Shown in pieces: positions 27,851 to 35,763 of a DNA stretch of 64,000 bases. The notes below the pieces were generated by a model that worked only from the letters and a program-made list of their open reading frames with translations, had not been told where the DNA came from and made no database searches. The position numbers and the translations under genes were made by a program. Numbering within the stretch: position 1 is the first letter of the stretch; each line of letters begins with the position of its first letter. Source of the stretch: a virus; the IMG/VR virus record IMGVR_UViG_3300027852_000031, positions 26,250-90,249 of that record. The stretch is one strand, 5' to 3'.

Positions 27851-27947
27851 TTGTATCCTACCGGACGCGATAGGATAGTTAGCTTATCTACCATGTGTAG
27901 AAAAAGTATTAGACACCGATGTACAACTGAATAGGTCGGTGTCGGTT

Positions 27948-28020
27948 TGCGGGGTAGAGCAGTGGTTAGCTTGTCTGTTTCATAAGCAGAAGGTCGTCAG
28001 TTCGAATCTGACCCCCGCTA
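27948..28020 (+). tRNA. tRNA-Met(CAT), initiator-type body with atypical anticodon stem
   Basis: Full cloverleaf: acceptor TGCGGGG/CCCCGCT, D stem GAGC/GCTT, anticodon arm TCTGT-TTCATAA-GCAGA, T arm GTCAG-TTCGAAT-CTGAC, A73; no encoded CCA. Confidence 0.93.
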
Positions 28021-28026
28021 TTTGTT

Positions 28027-28173
28027 GACGATGGTAAGTGCTGATTTGTTAGGGTGGCACGCAACAGGAGTTGGCTGTACGGCGGGGTGTTCCGATTCAA
28101 CCGCCATGCCAAAATCAGGACCATAGGGCAAAAGTATATGCACGGAACTGTTGTTCGAATCAACCCATCGTCG
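28027..28173 (+). ncRNA. tRNA-like RNA with 8-bp acceptor stem, 4-bp T stem and ~115-nt structured interior
   Basis: GACGATGG/CCATCGTC, GTTG-TTCGAAT-CAAC, U8-A9 equivalents, G discriminator, then a T-rich run; 6 nt after tRNA-Met. Confidence 0.65.
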
Positions 28174-28201
28174 TTTTATTTTTTGGAACTGGAGAAACGA
28201 T

Positions 28202-28510
28202 ATGTTAAAAGTGCAATATGGCGACACAGAAGTTCGGGTTAAATTTGATCACAGAATTTTAGATCCTATACAAATCCACGATCTATCTGGTACTTGTGTT
28301 GACGAAGACAGGAAATGTTCATTAGCTACTATTGAGATACATACTGTGAATAATGTATCACAATATAAAGGTATTTCTATTTGTCATCCAGATGATAATT
28401 TTTGTAGAGCCACTGGACGAAAAATAGCGCTGTCGTTTGCAATGTACGTTTTTAGCAAACCAATGCGAAAAGCAGTGTGGAAAAAATATATAGAAACGTG
28501 TAATAGCTAA
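28202..28510 (+). CDS. Hypothetical phage protein
   Basis: GGAGA RBS before ATG 28202; GISICHPDDNFCRATGRKIAL motif of a common small phage family. Confidence 0.65.
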   Translation: MLKVQYGDTEVRVKFDHRILDPIQIHDLSGTCVDEDRKCSLATIEIHTVNNVSQYKGISICHPDDNFCRATGRKIALSFAMYVFSKPMRKAVWKKYIETCNS

Positions 28511-28513
28511 TAT

Positions 28514-28735
28514 ATGGATACTAACAAATGTGACAGATGCTGTGGCAAAGACTATCTATTCCATCATAGAGAAATAGTCAGATGCCCAAGCTGTATCTGG
28601 CGAGAACGGCAGGATTTGATACAACAGGGTCAATATTTATTAAATACCTTGACAGCAGAACTAAGGCATACAGAATCATTAGACATCATGCTGGCTGTGC
28701 AGGGACTGACTATGGCGATTAGAAATGCAGAATAA
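28514..28735 (+). CDS. Hypothetical protein with CxxC pairs
   Basis: CDRC...CPSC. Confidence 0.55.
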   Translation: MDTNKCDRCCGKDYLFHHREIVRCPSCIWRERQDLIQQGQYLLNTLTAELRHTESLDIMLAVQGLTMAIRNAE

Positions 28736-28966
28736 TTGGATGAACAAATTATGACTAATAGAAAAAGATTCCAAAAAACAACAACAGAACCGGTGGATCA
28801 AGGAGTTTTAGATTCAATTGGTAGTCCAAATCCATGGACACCAAAGACAGAGGATGCTTGGTTATTGGAGTTGGGGAAATTGTCAGTTGGGGAAATATAT
28901 CAACGTTTTCCACCACTTAAGAAGCCAGGAAATGTTAGTTTTCGGGGGAGAAATAATGCGGGATAA
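28736..28966 (+). CDS. Hypothetical protein
   Basis: TTG start directly after the previous stop. Confidence 0.5.
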   Translation: MDEQIMTNRKRFQKTTTEPVDQGVLDSIGSPNPWTPKTEDAWLLELGKLSVGEIYQRFPPLKKPGNVSFRGRNNAG

Positions 28967-29183
28967 TAATACAAACAAGATGTTGTATGGGTTGTTGGTA
29001 TGTATTTGTTTATCAATGTGTTGCGGCTGTAACTTGCTAGAAAATTTGACCGATGATATCAACGGATGGGATCTTAGTGCATGCGTGGATGGATTTTCTA
29101 CTTGCTGGGAATTGTTTACCGATAATGCCGAGAAATTCGAAGATGGCTTTGTTGATGCAATGGATGCAATAACTGTACCATAG
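28956..29183 (+). CDS. Putative lipoprotein
   Basis: GGGAG RBS, ATG 28956; K-LYGLLVCICLSMCCG-C lipobox-like signal; acidic mature part. Confidence 0.6.
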   Translation: MRDNNTNKMLYGLLVCICLSMCCGCNLLENLTDDINGWDLSACVDGFSTCWELFTDNAEKFEDGFVDAMDAITVP

Positions 29184-29192
29184 GAATAATTC

Positions 29193-29558
29193 ATGGCCAA
29201 TAAAAATTGTCTAGATTGTCATGGCACCGGAAAGATAAAACTTTTGGTATCTACCGTTATTTGTAAATGCAAAAAAACCACATCGGACATTAGTTCTGAG
29301 ACATTCAATTATGCGGATGCCATTGCGGAAGTTAATCGTAAATGGGATGATGCTTGCTGTTCTTGTCATATATCGCCACCATGTGGATTTTGTCTTAGGT
29401 ATGCCGATGCAGATTTATCAGATCCTGAATATTGCTACTTATGTGGCGATCCGTACCCGAACGATCAATTATTATTGCATAAATGTCTACAGTGTGATCA
29501 ATATGTTTGCGATGTCTGTTATGGTGGCATCGATACTGCTTGTGCGGATTGTGGATAG
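29193..29558 (+). CDS. Cys-rich zinc-finger protein
   Basis: Multiple CxxC motifs (CLDC, CSCHISPPCGFC, CYLC, CLQC, CDVC, CADC). Confidence 0.6.
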   Translation: MANKNCLDCHGTGKIKLLVSTVICKCKKTTSDISSETFNYADAIAEVNRKWDDACCSCHISPPCGFCLRYADADLSDPEYCYLCGDPYPNDQLLLHKCLQCDQYVCDVCYGGIDTACADCG

Positions 29559-29694
29559 GATTAAGTATATACAAAGAAATCGCAAGGATTTACTCCATAT
29601 CAATGATATTGGGATAAATGGGAAATAATTAGATGTAAATATCGTGAGAAATTTGGAGATGATTTTGTGGAATATGCAGACAAGGGATAACAAA

Positions 29695-29910
29695 ATGGCT
29701 GAGACAAAAAATAATAAACACGACCATAATCTGACTACTGGTTTTATTGATGGTAAGCAGATTGGCCGAAGGAGATTTGCAATTGTCGCACATGTAGTTG
29801 ACCGTATGGTAGCTAACTTGCCAGACAATTTTAATTGGGATGATCATACATTGCAACTAGCGATCATCCCCAATAGGTTAACCCAGGATGGTAATAATGA
29901 AAATTTTTAA
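29695..29910 (+). CDS. Hypothetical protein
   Basis: AGGGA RBS before ATG 29695. Confidence 0.5.
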   Translation: MAETKNNKHDHNLTTGFIDGKQIGRRRFAIVAHVVDRMVANLPDNFNWDDHTLQLAIIPNRLTQDGNNENF

Positions 29911-30268
29911 GAATAGACATAAAATAAATTTTATAGATGAAAACAATGTTTTAGTGGGTTTCGACGAAGAACAGCAATGTTGTGAAAATGTTGGATGGTT
30001 TTTGTGCGACCATATTGTATCTGATATCAATCAACCATGTGTTTCAATTGATGAAAACAAAGATTTTTCTGGCTGGGTATTTAATATTAAATTTTGTAAA
30101 GATTTTGCAAGCCAGTCGCAAGACGATGAAGGCGGTATAGTGGTTTTTGAGCTTACAAAACGTAACAAAGTTATATATTTGCATTTATATAATTTTCACA
30201 ATGGATATTATAGCCATGGATTTAGTATGAATCAGCTTTCTAATGTTCTACATCAGGATAGTTTGTAA
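29888..30268 (+). CDS. Hypothetical phage protein (start 29888 or 29897)
   Basis: QCCENVGW...YNFHNGYYSH pattern of a small phage family. Confidence 0.65.
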   Translation: MVIMKIFKNRHKINFIDENNVLVGFDEEQQCCENVGWFLCDHIVSDINQPCVSIDENKDFSGWVFNIKFCKDFASQSQDDEGGIVVFELTKRNKVIYLHLYNFHNGYYSHGFSMNQLSNVLHQDSL

Positions 30269-30468
30269 TGAAAGACTGGAAGAAAGAATTAAATAAAGCC
30301 ACTTTAGATGCAATAGAAAGATGTACAGCCGTTATTCGCAAAGACGGCCCAAAGGGTAAACCATATTGCGTTTATAGCGAACAAACTGGTAGAAATTTTG
30401 GATGTTATCCAACAAAAAAAGGTGCAGAAAAACGATTAGCACAAATTCATAGTTTTAAGGACGATTAA
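30268..30468 (+). CDS. Small basic phage protein
   Basis: KPYCVYSEQTGRNFGCYPTKKGAEKRLAQIHSFK, a module that recurs in phages, sometimes fused to head proteins. Confidence 0.65.
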   Translation: MKDWKKELNKATLDAIERCTAVIRKDGPKGKPYCVYSEQTGRNFGCYPTKKGAEKRLAQIHSFKDD

Positions 30469-30469
30469 T

Positions 30470-30871
30470 ATGAATGGTCACGAACCACACGACCCAGCAT
30501 GGGCAGACAGCGAACATTCATGTCTGAGAGAGGTATATTGGAGGGATAGATGTCTCTTGGCAGAAGATTTGCTTAAGTATGTATTTAATCAAAAAGAGCT
30601 TGGCCGTGCTTGTCATATTCGAGATCTAGAACATAAGGTAAAATCACTAAAGGATGAAATAACACACCAAAGAATTGCTGGAGAGGTACGCAATCGACAA
30701 TTGAAGGCTGCCAATCTAATCGTATTGTGTACTGGCGGTTGTGACGGTGGCCTGTTTGGCAATAACGATGATATCAACGAAGAATTGATCGCAGAAGTTG
30801 AACGAACTGCGAAACGACTTAGAATGTGGTACAACAACTATCTGTCTAGAAAAAATGCCCGTGGTCAGTAA
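30470..30871 (+). CDS. Hypothetical protein
   Basis: 133-aa ORF in operon context. Confidence 0.6.
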   Translation: MNGHEPHDPAWADSEHSCLREVYWRDRCLLAEDLLKYVFNQKELGRACHIRDLEHKVKSLKDEITHQRIAGEVRNRQLKAANLIVLCTGGCDGGLFGNNDDINEELIAEVERTAKRLRMWYNNYLSRKNARGQ

Positions 30872-31160
30872 AGTCATAATAGCTCTATTTGTTGTCGTGC
30901 AACTGATAGTATCTTATAGATATAGTGTGCCACAATGGATGTGTTATAATTTCAGGTGGGGTAATGAGCATCCTTCCGCACTATTGATCAAAAGTAGTTT
31001 ACCGACACTCTGTTTATGTCTCAAGTATTGTGGACCATCCGATGGAACATGTTTTAATGGATGCGTAGATAGATGGGATGTCGATGACGATGGCGATGTA
31101 GATTTAAAAGATTTTGCATTGATTGTAAACTTTATTAGCATAGAAGAAGAGGAGCGATAA
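30855..31160 (+). CDS. Membrane-anchored or secreted protein with dockerin/EF-hand-like motif
   Basis: N-terminal hydrophobic segment; C-terminal WDVDDDGDVDLKDFALI. Confidence 0.6.
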   Translation: MPVVSKVIIALFVVVQLIVSYRYSVPQWMCYNFRWGNEHPSALLIKSSLPTLCLCLKYCGPSDGTCFNGCVDRWDVDDDGDVDLKDFALIVNFISIEEEER

Positions 31161-31283
31161 ATGTTTGGTTTTGAATTTTCAGAATGGCTAAAAGTACTAT
31201 TGATAGTATTACATTGTGTTGTATATATGATTGCTGGATTTTTGATGGGCCTTGGATTTGTAGCCTTATTGGGTTTGCTATGA
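31161..31283 (+). CDS. 40-aa hydrophobic peptide
   Basis: GAGGAG RBS; MFGFEFSEWLKVLLIVLHCVVYMIAGFLMGLGFVALLGLL; not in ORF track. Confidence 0.6.
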   Translation: MFGFEFSEWLKVLLIVLHCVVYMIAGFLMGLGFVALLGLL

Positions 31284-31316
31284 TCTCTGCCAGCGGCAGG
31301 TATCCTTCGAAGGCTT

Positions 31317-31349
31317 CCGCTGAGCCAGCCTGGCGAATCAGCGGTTTTT
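31317..31349 (+). terminator. Rho-independent terminator with possible alternative pairing
   Basis: CCGCTGA/TCAGCGG stem followed by T5 and a further T run. Confidence 0.7.
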
Positions 31350-31535
31350 GTTTTTTTTGTGCAAACGCATATATTGCGTGATGGTATAATATTACTGCAG
31401 AATGTTCCACTTAATGGGCGAAACTGCCGTTAGAGTGTACCATGGCTGGTTGGTAAAAATAAATTTTCTTTTTATGTATACGAAGGTGCAACATGATCAA
31501 AAGCTTGTGATGCTGCCAAAAGAATGTGGTGTAAT

Positions 31536-31646
31536 ATGGATGCAAAGAAGCTGAAGAAGATACTAGATAAACTGCGGAAAAAATATGGTGAGATGCTGAA
31601 AAGATTAGCCAAATCAGAACAAGCCAATAGAAAGAGTGACGATTGA
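31536..31646 (+). CDS. 36-aa basic peptide
   Basis: MDAKKLKKILDKLRKKYGEMLKRLAKSEQANRKSDD; stop overlaps the next start. Confidence 0.4.
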   Translation: MDAKKLKKILDKLRKKYGEMLKRLAKSEQANRKSDD

Positions 31647-32047
31647 TGAGCGTTACAATACAAAGCATCCACGAAACCATACGGGGAATAGAACGTGAAG
31701 GGATAGATAAGAAGCAGATTAAAGCGATATGTTTGCATACCGACGATCTTAGGGATTTATTGGCGTCTAGGCCAGAATTTCAATCTGGGTTTTCTATGGA
31801 ACCTGGGAAAATACAAATATTAGGAATACACATTATAGACAACCCATATATTCCAAAAGGATCTATATTAAAGGTTTTCGACGAATCATTCGATAAACCT
31901 ACATATGGCACAAGTTGGAAAATATATCCAGACAAACAATACGATCTCCCAACGACAACGGACATACTACACAATAATAATGACCAAGTACCACCAACAG
32001 ATAAACCGAAGAAACACAGCGAGTCTCGTCGTGTTGAGTTGGGATAG
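31643..32047 (+). CDS. Hypothetical protein
   Basis: 134-aa ORF, last gene of the accessory island. Confidence 0.55.
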   Translation: MMSVTIQSIHETIRGIEREGIDKKQIKAICLHTDDLRDLLASRPEFQSGFSMEPGKIQILGIHIIDNPYIPKGSILKVFDESFDKPTYGTSWKIYPDKQYDLPTTTDILHNNNDQVPPTDKPKKHSESRRVELG

Positions 32048-32166
32048 TTTTGATTAGTATTGCTTTCTACTTAGATGAATAAAAGAAGGTAACAACCCGT
32101 CTATATTACCCCATTTCTATATATTTCATCCCATTGATTACCCCGATTGTTTTATAAACATGGTTG

Positions 32167-32174
32167 GTGTATAA
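32167..32174 (+). promoter_or_regulatory. GTGTATAA putative late promoter
   Basis: Motif where structural genes resume after the island. Confidence 0.6.
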
Positions 32175-32261
32175 CAATTAGAGTTTTGATGAATTTGTAA
32201 AACCTTCGGTGTCGTGTGACACTGGAATTTTTACAACCTTATCTTGTATTGGAGGAACACC

Positions 32262-32795
32262 ATGGCACTAGTTACAGACAATTTGGCGACTAATTTAAAT
32301 CCTGCACCCAAAACGTTTAAAATTGCAAAAATTTTATCGGCTATCCCAACGACTTCTGGTACAGCTGTAACGGATACGGAAAGTTTTTTCAATAAAAATT
32401 GTCCTTTCCCGGTGGAGGTTGTGGGAGTTCAGGCAGTTATGAGAGGTATTACTAATGCCGATTTTAATGGTACCGGTGGTGCTGTCGGAGTAATTACACA
32501 AGTTTCTCAGGAAGTCGATGTGTCACCTGCCCCGCCAACGACACCAGTCTGGGATACACTAGTAGCGTCCGTGGAATGTAAAGCTGTAGTAGGCGATGGT
32601 AGATGTTTCGATGCTCCAGCAGATGGAACAAATGTGCTAGATCAGACTTTTGTTGCGATTCCACGTGGTGGCTCTATGAGATGCACTCTTAGCGCTCAGG
32701 TGGAAAATACTTATGCTGGTAGTGGATCTGAAGTAGAGATTTTGGTGATAGCTGAATTCAGACCAACTGATCCCAAAGATCAACTATACTTCTAG
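32262..32795 (+). CDS. Structural protein, stand-alone paralogue of the C-terminal domain of 32808..34172
   Basis: GGAGG RBS; FNKNCP/FFKNCP, PPTTPVWDTL/PPVTPVWNTL, CFDAPADG/CFDAPSDG, IPRGGS/IPQGGS. Confidence 0.75.
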   Translation: MALVTDNLATNLNPAPKTFKIAKILSAIPTTSGTAVTDTESFFNKNCPFPVEVVGVQAVMRGITNADFNGTGGAVGVITQVSQEVDVSPAPPTTPVWDTLVASVECKAVVGDGRCFDAPADGTNVLDQTFVAIPRGGSMRCTLSAQVENTYAGSGSEVEILVIAEFRPTDPKDQLYF

Positions 32796-32807
32796 GGAGG
32801 ATTTTTG

Positions 32808-34172
32808 ATGTCAATCGAAGGTTTTTTTTGGGCTGATGCGTCAGCTGATCATATAGCAAAACTCGACAATGATCTAAACGAAACAGTGCTTGTTTCGGGT
32901 CTAACTTCTCCTGTCCAGATAGATATAGCAACTAGCGGTGAGAAAATTTATTGGGCTGACTACCGATTGATACAGCGAAGCGATCTTGATGGATCTAATG
33001 TCGAGACATTACTTGATACCACAAATATCCCTACACCAAGTTCGTATCCATTTTATTTGGGAATCGTAGTAGATGAAAAAAATGGTAAATTCTATTGTTC
33101 AGATACTTATAATGATCGTATATTAATCGCCAATATAGATGGGACATCCGCACAAGCCATTTGGTCTGGTGTCAATGGCGGTGGTTTTGGCGGCCAAAGA
33201 TATATGGCTATTGATCCGGTAAATGAATGGGTATACTGGGGCGTTGGCAGAGGTGTTGGGGGTAATGACTATTCTATTCATAGAATAGATTATGATGGCG
33301 GCAATCATAAGATAGAAATATCTGGTAGTAGTTTCAATAATTTTAATGCAATATATCTTGATGTTGATAATCAGATCATGTATTGGTCGAACAGGACATT
33401 GGGTATAATTGAGTCGTCTGGTATCAGCGGAACTGTTGTAAATACGGTCGTCAGTGGCCTGGCCAATCCAGGGGGTCTTACTGTAGATAATGATGATGAT
33501 AAAGTTTATTGGTCTGACCAAACAGAAAATGCTATATTTAGAGCTAGTCTAGATGGAACAGATATTGAGACCGTAGTTAGTGGCACCTTGTCGCCTAATG
33601 GTGTTTGGGGAAGTTTGCCTGTCGGTCCAGAAAGACCACCGAAATATGATTGGATTAGTAACCGAAGATGGAGAAAATGGCGATTACTACCATATGCAAG
33701 AACCGTCTTCGGTAGACTACGTGCAACAACAAGTCAAACGGGCATTGTAGTTACAGATATAGAGAATCTTTTTTTCAAAAACTGCCCGCGAGACATGCAA
33801 ATAGTTGGTATTCGTGGTATTATGGGTAATATAACTGGTACCGATTTTGATGGACCAAACGGCAAGGTTGATGTGTTGTTTGAGATTTCTCAGGATATCG
33901 ACACGCCACCCGGACCACCGGTGACACCAGTTTGGAACACCCTGATGGAAACTGTAGACTGCAGATCTATTGCAAATAATCATATTTGTTTCGATGCACC
34001 CAGCGATGGTGTTAATATAATTCAACTAGATTATGATATTATACCACAAGGTGGATCTTTGAGGGCTAAACTGAATATACGTGTGGACGATGCATATGCT
34101 GGAAGTAGATCAACAGTGACAATATGGGTGGCTGTTGATTTAATGGACGTTGAAATACGGCGGATAAGTTAA
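32808..34172 (+). CDS. YWTD beta-propeller fused to structural anchor domain
   Basis: Blades FFWADAS, IYWADYR, FYCSDTY, VYWGVGR, MYWSNRT, VYWSDQT; C-terminal domain paralogous to 32262..32795. Confidence 0.75.
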   Translation: MSIEGFFWADASADHIAKLDNDLNETVLVSGLTSPVQIDIATSGEKIYWADYRLIQRSDLDGSNVETLLDTTNIPTPSSYPFYLGIVVDEKNGKFYCSDTYNDRILIANIDGTSAQAIWSGVNGGGFGGQRYMAIDPVNEWVYWGVGRGVGGNDYSIHRIDYDGGNHKIEISGSSFNNFNAIYLDVDNQIMYWSNRTLGIIESSGISGTVVNTVVSGLANPGGLTVDNDDDKVYWSDQTENAIFRASLDGTDIETVVSGTLSPNGVWGSLPVGPERPPKYDWISNRRWRKWRLLPYARTVFGRLRATTSQTGIVVTDIENLFFKNCPRDMQIVGIRGIMGNITGTDFDGPNGKVDVLFEISQDIDTPPGPPVTPVWNTLMETVDCRSIANNHICFDAPSDGVNIIQLDYDIIPQGGSLRAKLNIRVDDAYAGSRSTVTIWVAVDLMDVEIRRIS

Positions 34173-34196
34173 CACCTAATATAATCTGTATTTATT

Positions 34197-34226
34197 AAGC
34201 CGAGATGCTATATCTCGGCTTTTTTT
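34197..34226 (+). terminator. Rho-independent terminator
   Basis: AAGCCGAGAT-gctat-ATCTCGGCTT followed by a T run. Confidence 0.85.
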
Positions 34227-34229
34227 ACG

Positions 34230-34237
34230 GTGTATAA
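34230..34237 (+). promoter_or_regulatory. GTGTATAA putative late promoter for the chaperone/tape-measure operon
   Basis: Motif directly after the terminator. Confidence 0.6.
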
Positions 34238-34303
34238 TAGAATGGATAGAACAAATATTAGGATAGACAGTACCATTCGTTTTTGGGACTGGGAAGGTGA
34301 ATA

Positions 34304-35386
34304 ATGAACCCGGCTGACGCAAATCGTTTAATCGCGAAAATTAGTTGGGGATGTATTCCGGCTACTGTTGTGACAGAAGAAAACAAGCTAATCTCACTCC
34401 TGCTAAGACAGCCATCCGTTAAAGAACAAGCTCAAGCTGCTAATGTGTATTTCACGGAATTACAAAGAGCCGTCATAAGTGGTACACAAGCCGAACAAGA
34501 ACTATTAAATAATTGTATTGAGTTTGGTCAATGGTCTATAGACGAAAATAATCAAATTACTGGTTTATATGATGATATTCACAAGATTAGACGTGGTCTG
34601 TTAGATTTTTGGTCAAATATAACCAAGTTGGAAAATGCTAGATCCTTATTGCGTCGTGCAGAAAAGGTGTTAATTGAAAAATTAAATAAAAAACATATGC
34701 TTATGCAGACTAGCGCAGAAGCCTATGCAGAGATGTGTCAGCAAAGATTTTTGATAGGTGTCATAGCGACCACAGACGATGGACAGTCATTTTGGTCAAC
34801 ACAAAAAGATTTCGACGATTATAATGATAATGGTTTTATATCACAATTGTGTGATATTTTTTTTGATAAATCCAGGATAAGTATATCAATTATTAGACAA
34901 TTAGCCAGATCTCAGCAATGGAGATCGTTTTGGGAAATTGCAAAAATAACCAATAATCTATTTGAAAATCCTGTGACAGAATGGTCGCTTAATCAGAGAG
35001 AACTGGCCTATTGGTCTACTATCTATGATTCTGTATACAATGCATTTGATAGACCATCTAAATATATAATAGACGATGATGATCTATTAGATTCTTGGTT
35101 TATTAGACAGGGAGAAAAAATTGAACAACAAAATAAAGGTGCTTCGATGCCACAATCGTCGAAACCAGGTAGGAATGAACAGTTCATTATGACAGACGAC
35201 GCTGGTGCGAAAAGGGTTTATGAAATGAATGATTCTACAAGTCGTGCAATGATTATGGCAAAACAAAAAATTGTTAATAAACGTGGCAGAATAAAAGAGC
35301 AGGATATGCCAGATAGTCAAAATGAAATGCGACAGCAAATTGCATCAATGAAAACAAAGCATGTTAAAGATATCCGCAGTAGATAG
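34304..35386 (+). CDS. Hypothetical protein, probable tail assembly factor
   Basis: 360 aa, helical, upstream of tape measure. Confidence 0.5.
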   Translation: MNPADANRLIAKISWGCIPATVVTEENKLISLLLRQPSVKEQAQAANVYFTELQRAVISGTQAEQELLNNCIEFGQWSIDENNQITGLYDDIHKIRRGLLDFWSNITKLENARSLLRRAEKVLIEKLNKKHMLMQTSAEAYAEMCQQRFLIGVIATTDDGQSFWSTQKDFDDYNDNGFISQLCDIFFDKSRISISIIRQLARSQQWRSFWEIAKITNNLFENPVTEWSLNQRELAYWSTIYDSVYNAFDRPSKYIIDDDDLLDSWFIRQGEKIEQQNKGASMPQSSKPGRNEQFIMTDDAGAKRVYEMNDSTSRAMIMAKQKIVNKRGRIKEQDMPDSQNEMRQQIASMKTKHVKDIRSR

Positions 35387-35397
35387 GGAGAATATTA

Positions 35398-35763
35398 GTG
35401 TCCGAGAAAGAAAAAGAATTAGCTGATCTTAGACGCTTACAAAAAGCTTCTCATGTTGGCCGAATTAATGATGATGCCAAAAGTAGATTTAAAAAAATTG
35501 TAGCCAAAAAGTTTAGAACATGTTTTATTTATGCTATAGCTGAATTTGAAAATTGTTTTGGCGAGGAACTTTGGGGGCATGGATTGCAAGAGGACACTTT
35601 GACAGACGAACAACTTGCAAATAAAAGACGATGGGATCGAGTAAGAAAAAACATTTTAGACAAAGGAAATACACAATCTAGGGCTGTGATGTCAGAAGTA
35701 AATCTGCACAACATGGAATTTAACGGGTACAAACTTTCTTTTGGGAGCAAAGACGATGGATAG
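35398..35763 (+). CDS. Hypothetical protein in tail assembly block
   Basis: GTG start after GGGAG RBS. Confidence 0.55.
   Translation: MSEKEKELADLRRLQKASHVGRINDDAKSRFKKIVAKKFRTCFIYAIAEFENCFGEELWGHGLQEDTLTDEQLANKRRWDRVRKNILDKGNTQSRAVMSEVNLHNMEFNGYKLSFGSKDDG

Noticed and set aside
28027-28173. Calling the tRNA-like RNA a tmRNA or tRNA-Sec
   Set aside because: No G3-U70 pair; much shorter than tmRNA; the internal frame (ATGVGC...SGP*) lacks a degron ending; no UCA anticodon arm, and the branch is 12 bp rather than 13 bp.
28054-28242. ORFs 28054..28242 (+), 28018..28227 (-) and 27966..28163 (-) over the tRNA region
   Set aside because: They overlap structured RNA genes and lack an RBS or motifs.
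29565-29690. Possible ORF KKSQGFTPYQ*YWDKWEIIRCKY... with internal TGA
   Set aside because: No start codon or RBS in that frame; cannot be distinguished from chance or old decay.
31359-31646. Longer ORF reading through TAG and TGA into the 36-aa basic peptide
   Set aside because: Needs two suppressed stops and has no recognisable motif.
32190-32236. Hairpin TGTAAAA...GGTGTC/GACACT...TTTTACA in the leader of 32262
   Set aside because: AT-rich outer stem and a single occurrence; too weak to call a regulatory RNA without homologues.
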